DNA from: Nemertoderma westbladi
Taxonomy: Eukaryota > Animalia > Xenacoelomorpha
Assembly (NCBI GenBank): GCA_032718475.1
Contig: JAUCBJ010000933.1
Span: 24,055-88,054 of the forward strand
Length of the DNA: 64,000 bases
Direction of reading: 5' to 3'
Each line of letters opens with the position of its first letter. Position 1 is the stretch's first letter. Position numbers and translations under genes: made by a program. Shown here piece by piece: positions 35,835 through 49,739 of this stretch. The notes beneath the pieces were generated by a model, which did no database searches, was not told the origin of the DNA, and saw only the letters and a program-made list of their open reading frames with translations.

Positions 35835-36950
35835 GAACGTGTATAATACCGGTACTGTAATAACTTTGTAAAATAGTTAGTAATATGCAGTGGCTGATTG
35901 CGGCAAATTATTTCCATTTTTTTATATTTTTCATCCGGATGAAAAACATTTAAATGTTTAACTATTGACTTCCGATTACTATTTTGGTTTTAATAACGCT
36001 TTGACTTTGATATCATTAATTATGATATTGATATTACGTATATACTATAACCTACTCCTTTCCCTTAATTAATAATTGACATGCTAATTATCCGAGACGA
36101 GATATTAATTCGCCGATATGGAGTAGCAGGATAATTTGCCCCTTGTGGAATCTGTCCCCACCGGCATAATCTCCTAGGAGATTATGTGCCCACAGTCTCA
36201 TTCTCCTAGGATATCCCCCCCCCCCCCCCCCCGGACATAATCTCCTTTCTCCCTAATTTTTCAGCACACCACTCTGCCAGCTGCCTATACCAGTATTCGC
36301 CTATTTTGCAGTATTCTGGTATTGCAGTATTGACTATGCTGTTACTGTACCGTACTGCCTTTGTGCCTATTGCCTACCGGCTGATTTTGGGGACCGACCT
36401 TTTCAACCGTTTCCAATTGTCATTCTACAGCTGCGTACCGGGACCGGGCTGTTTTTTTGGTTATAGAGTGACTACTGACTGTCTGACCATGTGACTACTG
36501 ACTGCCTGACCATATGGTTTCCCTCAATTGGTAAAGTGATCGTTTTTTGTTTTGGTTAGAAAAGCCCGCCTCTGTAACCTGTTCCTTTCCCTCAATTGGT
36601 AAAGTTGGCGTTTATTGTTTTGGTTAGAAAAGCCTGCCTTTGTAACGTGCTCCTTTCCTTCAATTGGTATATATATATATAGGAATAACATTGAAATAAT
36701 TTTAGATTTTATATAGGGGCCTAGTCATCTTTGCAATAAAGGCCTACATGTATAAATATCCTGAACCAAAGATCATTTCACAGAACAGGGGGGTGGGGGC
36801 ATAATCTCCTGAGATTTTGCCCGGGTGGGAATAATCTCCTAGGATATTCTGGCTGGGTGGTCATCTAGTTTCCTACCCCACACCCCCCCCCCCCCCCCAC
36901 ACTCTGTTTATCTGTTTATGGTGCGGGGGTTGGGGTTGTTCAAACTTAAG

Positions 36951-37957
36951 GAGACAGGGGGGAAACTCGACGCAAAACCCGCCTTGGCGAATTAATATCC
37001 CACCTCAATGTTAAATTCTCAATTTAGGGAAAGGAGCAGGATACAGTGGCACGTTATTTTAACCAAAACAATAAACTAAACAAAATAGAACAGGTTACTA
37101 TGAATATTAAAATTGGATTAGGCTACACAAATCGATCGATCATACATTATTTAATATTCATAACAATATTAGTAATAATATAATATTAATAATATAATAT
37201 TAATAATATGATATTAATAATGTAATATTAATAATATAATATAATAAATTTAATACTTGAATCTAAATCAAAAATCAGCTTTCGATATTTTATATATATA
37301 ATGAAAATAAATAAATAAATAAAATAAATATAAGGTGTTCTGACGATGTTACCCGGGTGATAAATTGGTTTTCACCCGGGTGATAAAATGTTTTTCACCT
37401 GGGTGAAAAATATTTAAAAATTGGAAATAATTGGCACTATTGCCACCATATGCAAATATTTTATATATTATTATATAGTTATTATTTATATTAATGTTTA
37501 ATAGTTAAGATACACCTCCATTCGAGGTAAATTATTATTCGAGGTTATTCGACTCCATTCCCTGACCTCCATTCGAGGTATTATTTATATTAATAATATA
37601 TACATATTATATCTAAATTTATTTTTTTATAATAAAACTACATATATTCCGCACAAGTTAAATTATATACCGGTATATAATGATGTTTAATAGTACGGTT
37701 CTAATAATAGAAGGCCAGATAGGGGGGAAAACTGGACGCAATAAAAATTTATCCCTCTCCAGGGGAAATTCGACTCAAATAACAGCTGATTACTCTCAAA
37801 AATAAAACTGTAACCTGTTCTATTGTATTTAGTTTATTGTTTTGGTTAAAATAACGTGTCACTGTAACCTGCTCCTTTCCCTAAATTGAGAATTTAACAT
37901 TGAGGCGGGATATTAATACGCCAAGGCGGGTTTTGCGTCGAGTTTCCCCCCTGTCTC
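36951..37957. mobile_element. MITE with ~150-bp TIRs
   Basis: GAGACAGGGGGGAAACTCGACGCAAAACCCGCC... mirrored at 37810-37957; no TSD found. Confidence 0.85.
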
Positions 37958-40853
37958 TAGAGGTCATATCGTATGTTATGTTTCCCGATTATACGCATAT
38001 ACCTTACACCAGGAATAGGGTCTGTTTCTAATATATTATTTATCTGTATGAGGTATGTTGCGACAGTTACCAACCCTCGTTAATACCATCAGGATAACGA
38101 ACCTTAGTTAAAAGCAAAGGGCCTGCCACCCATTAAATAGGTCATTTCATAAGCACGCGCAACTCAATAAATACTGTGGTTACCTTACAGCCATCCATCA
38201 CGCTATTGTATACCGGCAGAATAACAGCCTGCCGCCACGTGCTGAGTACGGCCTCCCCTTGCCACGCGCCCTACTTCAGAAAACACAGCCATCATAGGGC
38301 AGCACATTCATTCTGCTGTGATCTTCCATTGACCACAATCGTAGGCTGTCAGAATAGAAGCCACTGCCTCATTTACAATGGCTTTCACCAATGCTAGTGG
38401 CGCCGCACCACCCCCATTAGAAAAAAATCCCACACATTGAACCAATTCGTCTATTCTCTGTACTGATAGCGATAGGTAGGCCTAGGCCCAGGCACACATA
38501 CAATATGTTGTAGCTGGCTTCCTTCCCTTCATTGTAAAGTAAACTGCATCCAAGCGGAATCCCTTAAATACGAGTTAGCCAGAGGGCTTTAGGTGATTGG
38601 TAACCTAGGCTCTAACTAGCGCCAGAAAAACGACAAGGCCATGTGACCTGTTATAAAGGACCCATTAAAGCAAAGTCACAGTCACCAGGGAAGCCTTATA
38701 AATGAATCCTGCCCACAGCAGCCAGCCCTTCCCAGTGCCGGTGCCACATATATACCGATGTGCTGTCTCCCCACCATATCATACAATGAACCCCTCCGGC
38801 TCAATTCATAGTAACTCATATCCACTTTGCAAATGAACTTTTCGTGTTAATCTGACGGTAGAATTACACAGATAATCAAGCAAACCGGAACCGAGCTCTT
38901 CTGATCGAAGCCCCCTCCATGCACGGATCTCGATATTCATATTACTGACAGTTCTGGAGGAAACACAACACTATATAGTTTCTGCTGGCTTCTTTACAAG
39001 GGCATCCGATACCATTAACATTGTCGCAGGAATCAGATTACATGCATCATTGATATTAGAGCCTCTATCATCGTGCCGCTGATTGCCTTGACCAGTTATG
39101 GCCATCCGCACTGTAAACTGACACTGACCATCTTTCAGAATCGGTTAGATTGCCTATTTTTTTAATTAATGAAGTTAAATTTGGTAATTGACAAAGCAAG
39201 GTATGGCACACTTACACGGGCAGAGAAACCTTAGAATGAAAGCCTCAAAATAGAAATAAATCAAATAAAGTTGAGATAATTGCGTTACTTAGGGCTTGGC
39301 GAGCGGAAGCTAGCATGGTTCTCGTTTCGTTAATTATGCTCGGGATATTTTACAAGATTAGAGTTCCGGATGTCGGAATTTATATCCATTAGCTGTAGTA
39401 TCCAATCCTTTTCGCATAAATCGTTAACAAGATAACTATCTAAGGAACGGAATTTATATATGCTGTTTTTTGTAAAACGATAAGTAATCATAATACGAAT
39501 TAATTATTCAACATCGACTACAAGCAGACCATTCGTCGTGTATTCGAATTATTCGATATATGATGTAGAAAATAAATTAAAACGAATTGACATTTTCTTG
39601 GTGGAGTAGCGTATTTATTTTTGCAGAAATGGAGTATATCTTTTTTAATGGCGAAAATAATGTATTTATGAATTCACAGTTATTAGTATTGATAAATATA
39701 ATATCAACGATATACACCAATAACACAGTATGACGCATATACTTACCGGTACCGGTACCTAATCCAATCGTATGTAAATCAACAAACTTAAACAGTTCAT
39801 CAACAGAAACAAACGGTCCTTTCTTTTACGATGTTACTATTTAGTTGTTGAATAATTATGTTTCGTAAAAATTATAAAAATAACTATAGTACCTGTACTT
39901 TAAACTTATATTATAAATATTTAGTACTTAAATTATATTATTTTACCTTTTTATAGGTAATCCAGCACTATGGATAAGAAGTGAGCACCTCAGGTATACA
40001 GATAAAGGAAAACACCATTTTTAAGCAATTATTATAATCATACATAATTATTAAAATATTGTTACATAGCTTAATCAACATTTTAAATCACTTATTATAA
40101 GTGTAGGAGGCACAGTAGGATACTTCTGTGAAATTGTAAGTTTGGAAATATATCGTTCCAGAAAATGTTAACAATAAAATAAACAATGACAAATACTAAC
40201 AATAAAATACACACGGAACAACATAATTAACTGACATATTCTGCAGTTATTGTTGATCTGGGTTACCGCATAATTCCCGCAAAATCGGATTCCAAAGAAT
40301 CGGGATTTTTGCGTAAAAAAATGAATTGTTTTGATTGGTTTGAATTATCTATAATTAAGTAACAATTATAATGAAGTTCACAGACGAAAATGTAAAAAAT
40401 TATTTGCTACACTGTAAAAATATAACTGTAATAAATAATTGTAGCTTCAATTATCTTCAATGAGAATAACTATTGCTGAAAATTATTTGTAAATCTTAAA
40501 ATACGGTAGTTTATTATTTCTTATTATTAGGTCATTTTAAAATCTTGAAGTAATTTTTTCATATGAAAAAGTAAAGATGACCATTTAGTCTGGCAATGAC
40601 AGGAATGGTAGATTCATTAAACTTAAAGATCAATTATCATCTCAAGCATTATACACCAACACCATAATAATATTGTATAATTAATAACACCGAGGCATTA
40701 AAAAATTAGCAGCATCAACAAAAATATGTTTACCTGACAAATAAATGCAATGTTTAGAGTGAATAAACTCCCTGAAGATATATGAAATTACAATAATAAA
40801 TGGTTTATAATAAGAAAATGATACGCAAGGCAATAATTACCATTGTTTTACAT

Positions 40854-41248
40854 TTATAGTATATCAACCAATGATTTTAAACTGGTTTCTACAGAGTCGG
40901 TATCATCAAACAGTCTGTGCCAATTCTTCGCGATATGGTCCGGAAAGGATAGGTGGGACGGAGGACAGCAGTGCTGCATGGTGCTCGGTACCTGGGGACC
41001 GTGGATGGTGCTCAGCTCCGCCAAAGAATAATCGGGTTTGTATGGAAGTTCATCCTGGAAGAGCGGGGTTTTTTCTCGGTAGAGTGGGGTGTCTTCCTGG
41101 AACAGTGGGATTTCTTCGCGGTAGAATTGACTTTCCTCACGGAACAATTGTTCATCTGGAGCGGGGAAGAATACAGAAGAATCGTAAGAATTCTCTTGGG
41201 TGTAATCGGCACTGCTGCAGCAGCTGCTGGTCGAAGGACTGATACTGC
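40854..41248 (-). CDS. SoxC: SoxC-like gene, exon 5 (last; stop codon at 40854-40856)
   Basis: Acceptor TTTACAG; phase 1 joins in frame to exon 4; continues into ORF 40854-41147. Confidence 0.7.
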
Positions 41249-42882
41249 CTGTAAATTAAAGTTAAATTTATTTTATATTATTATCCATATACTCGGGAAC
41301 TTATAAGGTAAATATAGTATTTAGGGGGGGTAAGTGATGCAAATCCAATTTCGGATGATTATATCGGTGCGGCGAATAAACTGTTAATTATAAATTAATT
41401 ATGTATTAAAGGGCAGATCAATGTATGGGATCAGGAGCAGGTTATAGGGCCCATGTGAAGAATACCAGACTTCCTGCCGTTATATTTCACTTTGCAGTTA
41501 ATACCCCCATGTGAAGAATACCAGGTTTTCACCAAAACCACAGGTTACAGAAGGGCTGAATCTAACCAAAACAATAAACGAATTAGTATATGTTATAAGA
41601 CAGAAATAAGCGCTATAAAACACTTAATAAAGATAAATTAAAAAAAAATAAAAAATCTTCATATATAAAATTCCAATAAAAAGTCGACCGAAAAGTGAAA
41701 TCCTGGTATTCTTCACATGGGCGGGTTATAGTGGGGCAGATGAATTTTTTTAAGGTAATCAGCTATTATTTCCAACATTTTCTTTCCCTAGAGGGGTGTA
41801 CAGTACACCTCGGTCACCGGTAGTGTCTAATCGGATTGTTTGAAATGATTCTAATACCGCCAACTATGATTTTGCCTAGTTATGTTTTGTTTCGAAACTG
41901 ATATAAAAGCACCGGAAACCTGCTAATATGTGCTAACAGGGTTTCTATATAAGTTATGCTACGCAAATAACTTCTTGGTAAGAAATAGGGAAATTATTAG
42001 TAAACAAAAAATTAGCGAGCTTACCAAAAACTTACTTTCCAGAAATAATTGATGCTCAAGAGAAAACCAACCCTATACTAACAATACAATGTTCTCCAAT
42101 AATGGAATTAGGCCTACACGAAATAGTACACGGGGGGGGGGGGGGGGGGGGGCTGGGGGGGTATGGAGCCCCTGACCTCGGTTCACAGTGCCTCACTAAA
42201 GGCAATTACAATAGTTATCGAACGCAGGCTAATAGCACCTTATCGATTTGCCAAGATCGGATGCCGTTTCTTCTTATTAACTCCGCGGTAAGAAAAAGCT
42301 GACCCGCTTCAATCATATTCTCTCAGCACCAAGTTTCTCCGAATAACGAGATAGTAAAGTCGTATGGGGTAGCTGCTCGTGAGATTATTGAATCAAACAT
42401 GTTTGCGAAGCAGCCATCCCTACAATCTGTTAGCCATCGATTTTTAGGAGCGGGGTTTCGCATTCGCTTGGTTATTGATTATTCTGCCATAGGAGTAGTA
42501 ACGCCATTAGGTTTTAACAAATGCTGTGAGTATTCTTATGTAAATCATGGATACTGGTGTGTATTATTATAAGCCGCGCGGGGTTTGGCTCGGAAATATT
42601 TCTATTATGAGGGGAAAATGTAATCAACCCCACCCCCACCCCCCCCCCCCCCCCCCCCCCTCCATGAAAGATGGACGGACATAGATAAGTGTTACGCACA
42701 AATAATGAAACGGTAACATGTTCTTTATGTCTCTCGTTTATTGTTTTGGTTAGCTTTTCTCGTTCTATAAATTAATTATTAACATGAGCCCCTCTCCTCC
42801 ACCTACAGTATATATGAATAACGTTTAGGTCTACATCACCATGGTTACGTAATTAATTAATTTTATGAGTTTAATTACTTAC

Positions 42883-43415
42883 TATTAGTGCTTAGTGATT
42901 GGGTTCGCCAGCGGTTGCCAGGGTTACCAGTTTGCCCGTTGTTCATTGCTTGAGCGGGTGCGATGGCGAGCAGATTGTTTCCAAGGTGATAGGCGGTCAT
43001 TAACTCTTGCACTGAGACTTGTTGGGTGTAATCCTTATTTCTCAATTCTGCGGTTTGACCGGGTGATGTCCCACCATTAGACCCAGAAGATATCGACATA
43101 TTCAGGGTGATTTTATAACCAGTTTTTTTTATCTGATGCGTTTCCGATTTTATTTCTCTGTGGGCGCTGTTCTTTTGGGATACCACAGGTGTATTATTAT
43201 TACAAGACTTTCGAGATGGTCTGTGTGCAGTGGGTGGCACAGCTATTCCTGCGGGTGCCTCAGGCAATATGGTTGCCCTAGAAACTGGGTGTGCACACGC
43301 AACCGGTGATGTGTCACAATCACAGTACACAATGTGATCCATTCTTGAGACCACATAATTTGCCCCCTGGTCAGTATTGGCGGCGGCTTTCTTGGCGTTC
43401 AGTTTTCTTTTGGGT
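42883..43415 (-). CDS. SoxC: SoxC-like gene, exon 4 (starts with KPKRK, the HMG tail)
   Basis: Acceptor TTTCAG and donor GTAAGT; completes YPDYKYK-PKRK; same frame as ORF 42875-43354. Confidence 0.8.
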
Positions 43416-43627
43416 CTGAAATTAGAATAATTATTTTAAAAAACCTACAAACTTATGTACCCGCTTTATTCCAACTATAAGTGAGAAAGTGACAGGAAGG
43501 AACATTTCCTTCAAATCTTAATGGGTAACGCAACTTACAAGTAATGAAGCTTATACTACTTTTTGCACTTACTGATGTACAAGTAACTAGTGTGACTTAC
43601 TTGCACCAACGTAACTTAATAAATAAT

Positions 43628-45272
43628 AAATGCAACTAACTTACTTGTACTTTATCGCAGTAACACTAATGCAACTAACTTACTTGTACTTTATCGCACT
43701 AACACTAATGCAACTAACTTACTTGTACTTTATCGCACTACCACTAATGCAACTAACTTACTTGTACTTTATCGCACTAACACTAATGCAACTAACTTAC
43801 TTGTACTTTATCGCACTACCACTAATGCAACTAACTTACTTGTACTTTATCGCAGTAACACTAATGCAACTAACTTACTTGTACTTTATCGCACTAACAC
43901 TAATGCAACTAACTTACTTGTACTTTATCGCACTACCACTAATGCAACTAACTTACTTGTACTTTATCGCACTAACACTAATGCAACTAACTTACTTGTA
44001 CTTTATCGCACTACCACTAATGCAACTAACTTACTTGTACTTTATCGCACTACCACTAATGCAACTAACTTACTTGTACTTTATCGCACTACCACTAATG
44101 CAACTAACTTACTTGTACTTTATCGCACTAACACTAATGCAACTAACTTACATATACTTTATCGCACTACCATTAATGCAACTAACTTACTTGTACTTTA
44201 TCGCACGAACACTAATGCAACTGACTTACTTATACTTTATCGCAAGTAACACTAAAGCAACTAACTTACTTATACTTTATCGCAAGTAACACTAATGCAA
44301 CTAACTTATATATACTTTACCGCAGTAACACTAATGCAACTAACTTAATTGTACTTTATCGCACTAACACTAATGCAACTAACTTACTTATACTTTATCG
44401 CAAGTAACACTAATGCAACTAACTTATATATACTTTATCGCAGTAACACTAATACAACTAACTTACTTGTACTTTATCGCACTAACACTAATACAACTAA
44501 CTTACTTGTACTTTATCGCACTACCACTAATGCAACTAACTTACTTGTACTTTATCGCACTAACACTAATGCAACTAACTTACTTGTACTTCATCGCACT
44601 AACACTAATGCAACTAACTTACTTATATTTTATCGCACTAACACTAATGCAACTAACTTAATTGTACCATATCGCACTAACACTAATGCAACTAACTTTC
44701 TTATACTTTATCGCAAGTAACACTAATGCAACTAACTTATATATACTTTATCGCAGTAACACTAATGCAACTAACTAACTTACTTGTACTTTATCGCACT
44801 ACCACTAATGCAACTAACTTACTTGTACTTTATCGCACTAACACTAATACAACTAACTTACTTGTACTTTATCGCACTAACACTAATACAACTAACTTAC
44901 TTGTACTTTATCGCACTACCACTAATGCAACTAACTTACTTGTACTTTATCGCACTAACACTAATGCAACTAACTTACTTGTACTTTATCGCAAGTAACA
45001 CTAATGCAACTAACTTACTTGTACTTTATCGCACTACCACTAATGCAACTAACTTACTTGTACTTTATCGCACTAACACTAATACAACTAACTTACTTGT
45101 ACTTTATCGCAGTAACAATAATACAACTGACTTACTTGTACTTTAAACACTAATGCAACTAACTTACTTGTACTTAATCGCACTAACACTAATGCAACTA
45201 ACTTATATATACTTTATCGCAGTAACACTAATGCAACTAACTTACTTGTACTTTATCGCACTAACACTAACG
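43628..45272. repeat. 39-bp minisatellite, ~42 copies, filling most of Sox intron 3
   Basis: Unit TAATGCAACTAACTTACTTGTACTTTATCGCACTAACAC with minor variants and some 40-bp units. Confidence 0.97.
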
Positions 45273-45279
45273 CACTTAC

Positions 45280-45429
45280 TTGTACTTATAGTCTGGGTAA
45301 GCAATCCGATGTTGTTCCCTTAAACTCGCCGCCAACTCCTCAAAAGGCAGCTTCTCAGCCGAAGATAAATCATTCCAGACTTTACCCAGTACGCGACTGA
45401 TCTCCGCATTGTGCATCGATTTGAATTCA
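45280..45429 (-). CDS. SoxC: SoxC-like gene, exon 3 (second half of the HMG box)
   Basis: Encodes EFKSMHNAEISRVLGKVWNDLSSAEKLPFEELAASLREQHRIAYPDYKYK; acceptor TTTTAG and donor GTAAGT. Confidence 0.92.
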
Positions 45430-46675
45430 CTAAAATGTAGAAAAACCTCGATAATAATATAATTTTGTTAGGGGTGTTTTTAATTGAGTTGTTGAATTGT
45501 AACTGAAAAAAATAAGTCTACATTTGGTCAGCATTGCTGTACCCATGCCGAAGTAATGATTGATATTATGCATTTTCCTGTGGGCGTCCCCTGCTTAGAA
45601 TGTATAGACATTGCTTAAAAACACCCACAGGAGTGTTTTTAGGAACTGTCAATATTGTGTTGAATTCAATGTCAGCTTTATCAAAATACTAAGTCCATCA
45701 ACAAGACGTGATGTGGAGATATCTACCCATCTTAGGTAGATAAAAATCTGCAATCCAGGAGTGGCAATTGTAAACAATATGATTACATACTATACTTTCC
45801 AACACCTGTCTAATGTCGAAAGAAGCCATATTGGTTGGGACATACATAATGGTAAACTACCTAATCCATTAAAACTACGAATATTGGAGACTGATTCGAG
45901 CCCTCCCAGGTTGACTAGAACTCTTCATTGCTCAATGGTCTGGGTTTGGCCGTTTATCTATTAATTAGTGATACCAGAACTGTTCTACGTCTATGTGGAT
46001 GATATATGTAGGTTTAGTTTAACTGGAAACTGGAATTGTCTCCAGGGTCCAGTTATTTCCTAGAGTCCAGATACTTCCAGACATTAACAACTCGTGTGTA
46101 AATTGAATCATAAAAGTAACAGTGAAAAGAATCAGCCGTGGAGTTTATGTAAATATGTTACTGACAAAGTACAACAATCCCACTCACAAATGGTTAGGCA
46201 GTTTCAGGCCTGGGCATACAGTATGGGCAGGGTTTTCTTTGTAAAATAATCATTCTCAGAATTTAAACATCAGAGATCATCATGGTACTTTGGAAATATC
46301 ATGTATTCATGTATATGTTTTCAAATACATCGTGCATGGGGTACCGGTATGCATACAATACAATAGCATACAACTTCCAACCGAACCGATAAACAAACTA
46401 TACATTGTGGAGTGTAACTATATGCGCACGAGGTAATAAACAAATAGGAAGTGAAATAAGATATTGTAATAATTGATAAAGGAACATGCTGGGAACAAAA
46501 TCCCCAAAGGATGATAAGTGAAATGGCCGTTTTGCCAACGGAGTAAAATGGCCGTTTTACGAGATTTGTCCGTCTGGTACGGTAGATGGAGCTATTAACA
46601 TTATTTCACTTTTTTTTATTATTATATGCTACATATGCAAGGCAATGAATGCCCTACCACCATCTATGAACTCAC

Positions 46676-46821
46676 CTTATCCGCTCTCTCCTTTGTATCT
46701 GACTCCACACCATAAAAGGATTCATTGGCCGTTTAATCCGCCCATCTTTATTCCTGGGGTTGGTACTAGCGGAGGTTGTGAGTGGCCCATACGGACTGAT
46801 TGGATGACGGTCGATCTGTAC
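46676..46821 (-). CDS. SoxC: SoxC-like gene, exon 2 (first half of the HMG box)
   Basis: Encodes ...NKDGRIKRPMNPFMVWSQIQRRERI; acceptor GACAG and donor GTGAG; phase 2 matches exon 3. Confidence 0.92.
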
Positions 46822-48767
46822 CTGTCAAATATTGCTAATATATTTACCCGCACAATTTCCACTCACAGAAAAAGCTATACGGATTATATTTACATAATGT
46901 TATCATCATTGTAATTTATGTGTGTTATCACCCCTTGGTAGCAAATAAGCTAATAGCATATGTATATTTAACTTGTCTTTGGTGTGTTTGAGTAAGCACG
47001 TTTCGGGCCTGTAGATTGGATTTGCGTCTCATTTATAATAATCTGTATTTTGGCCCCGAATGTTCTGGACCTGGACAGAGTCAACAGAACAGACTAATCC
47101 TTCATTGTACACCACCGCGATAAAATTCACTCATAGACAATATTATGTTGAGTATTTAACAATTATATAGGCTGTGTAAATTTGAATGAGTTCAGAAAAT
47201 ATGAGAATTATTATCTCGTACTTTATAGCTCTGATATTCTTAAAAATTGAGAAACATATAAAATTCACTAAAACTTAAGCAGAAATTATAAAAACCATAT
47301 TAAAAACATTGTTTGGAATTAATGGATCCGGGTGGAATGGCCTTGTAATAATATCTTTCACACAAATTAAGCCCCGTGTATAACAAGAGTGAGTCCCTTT
47401 TCATTTAAATTCCATAACTTCGGTTTTCTCCAGAGGCTTGTATTGTTAGTGTTAGCATGTGGTCGACATGCCATTGGGGGTTTGGCCCTTGGCCGGTTCT
47501 TTTATATAAATACTCCATTTTCATTCTATGCCCTTTACTTAGCGGGTTGGTTTATTGCAGTTCAGCAATTATTGTGCTTTTGGTTTTTGCAATCACTTTT
47601 AATTATAATAATAATAATTATAGCAATAGACCTTTTCACATTGATACTCTTTTTCATATGTTCGACAATTCCCCAATTGTATATAAATCAAGAAACACCT
47701 TATATGAATATATAGCAGAGAGCATTGTTTCAACCATACCACATCCTAATGACTCCCACTCCCGCAGTTTAGTATTACTGAGTCACCTAATTATACATGA
47801 ACACCATGCGAAGAAATTATATAATCAGAAGTAATGATTAAATAATAACACCAGTTTGAGCTAAGAGTTAAAGTCAATAAAATGTCAATGATGTGCATCT
47901 CCGTATGCAACGGCCCATTACGTGCTTTATGGGTATATACTTTCAACTCAGAGGTCATTTACCCCATTCTATGCATTCGCGTGTGGTTGGTTATTCGATA
48001 TCTTGGCATGTTGCAAAAAATTCATACATAAATTATTCATTTAATTTTGAACGACATGTCGAACCTTCAACCATATAACCTATACTTGACATTGAGCAAC
48101 TCGTATATGAACCAGAAAGTCCCCTGAGATATTATCTATGCATTGTTTCTAAGTGGTTTTATGTATACCGATTGCTATGATGAAGATTTGAAACATTAAT
48201 GAAATTTACAATAACAACAATAATTCCTTTAATCTTCTTCGAATCAGGAGGGTAATTGTAACAGAAACGTATTTCTCAGTATTATGTCCTTCAACATCGC
48301 AAAATATAATGAGTAAACAGCCCTGGTGGGTCGGTCCGTCAAACTTTTTATGCCTCGATATACTTATATAGGATTGACAATAGCTAAATGAAGTGACAGT
48401 AAATAGTAATATCTTCGAGATTATATACTGATAGTTATTTTCCTCATCCAATACAATTAACCTTCACGTTATTTTCCAGTCCACTGACCATATTGCCCAT
48501 CCCGGTCCCTTCAACTATCCGCAATGCGACATATGACATATTCACTATTATTCGCAATTCGCTTGATGTTTTCTTATATTATATTCTTTGGGGAAACCGC
48601 GGTAAATTAAATTGGCTGCGTCCTGTGAACTATAACACTTATTTTTGAGTAAGAACACGAGGATCAAATTCACGGAACAATTCAAACATGCTATATTGGA
48701 ACAGCTCGACGCTCAGATATAACCAATCGAACTAAGCATTGTTGGCTGCACTGCAACAAGCAGGGCC

Positions 48768-49048
48768 CACCTTGGTGTAGTATATGGTTACAATGAATTC
48801 ACATCTCTCGGAGGTCGTGGGTTCAACCCCCGCATGGGGGCCAAGGCAGTTTATGTTTCGGCGCGAATGTTTTGAAGGGTCTAGCCAGGGCGCATCTCTG
48901 CTTTGCATCCTTAAGTGGTAGCTAAATGAGTACTGGAGTTTCCTCTGGGGAGTAAAGTTCTGGGGGGACCGCACTGGAAATAAATAGGAGACTTTGTGCG
49001 TAATCCCTGGCCTAACGGCTAAAGAAATCTTTACTTTACTTTTACTTT
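48768..49048 (+). mobile_element. tRNA-derived SINE (Deu-like core, TTTAC tail) in Sox intron 1
   Basis: A-box-like TGGTGTAGTATATGG and B-box GGTTCAACCCC; a second copy lies at 29584-29805. Confidence 0.8.
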
Positions 49049-49568
49049 TTTGTTAATCATTGGAACCTACATACATCCATCGCATAAGCAATATATGAGG
49101 TAAAATTGTAATTTCTGGGCTATTTTAAATAAAGGACAATTTAAGAATAATTTAAAGCCTGAAAATTATAAAATGAAAAATACATGAAGAAGATGGGTTG
49201 CACTGCTTCAGTGCTATACTGGTTCTTACAAACAAAAGTAGCCATCACAATTAAATTGCAGATTCTAGAAGTCTACCGGGATATTATTATAGCATTGTGT
49301 GTAACGAATGTTTACACTACACTATGGTGCAATTTTCGTAGCATGATTGCAATTAAAGAATGCCTCAGCAATATTTTTTATAAATTAATTTTTGGTGCAA
49401 TATTCAGTATTCTGTATTTTTGAAGTAAAATAAATTGGACATGTTTAAATATAAAATTACGGTTATTGTGAAATTTGGCCATCGCACCAAGATGCCACGT
49501 ACAGTACAACGTGAATAAAACCTATACACAACCGATTACATTACATATAAAATATAAAAATAACTTAC

Positions 49569-49739
49569 CTCTAATCCTCCTGGTGAAATGAGGCAGGGCC
49601 GCAATAGAGCACCTTCCCGAGTCGACGATTCAGTTTCCGAGACAATCTCGGGACTCTCCGACCGGTCTGTAGACGACCCTGTAGACCCCAACGGGGAGAC
49701 AGTATCCCAGGTAAACACGCCCCCGTATTGACCAAACAT
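49569..49739 (-). CDS. SoxC: SoxC-like gene, probable first coding exon
   Basis: 57 codons from ATG to GAG|GTAAGT; phase 0 matches exon 2. The five exons total 1395 nt (464 aa plus stop). Confidence 0.6.

Noticed and set aside
43630-45146. ORFs of repeated MQLTYLYFIALTL / TNATNLLVLYR
   Set aside because: Artefacts of the 39-bp minisatellite, antisense within a Sox intron.
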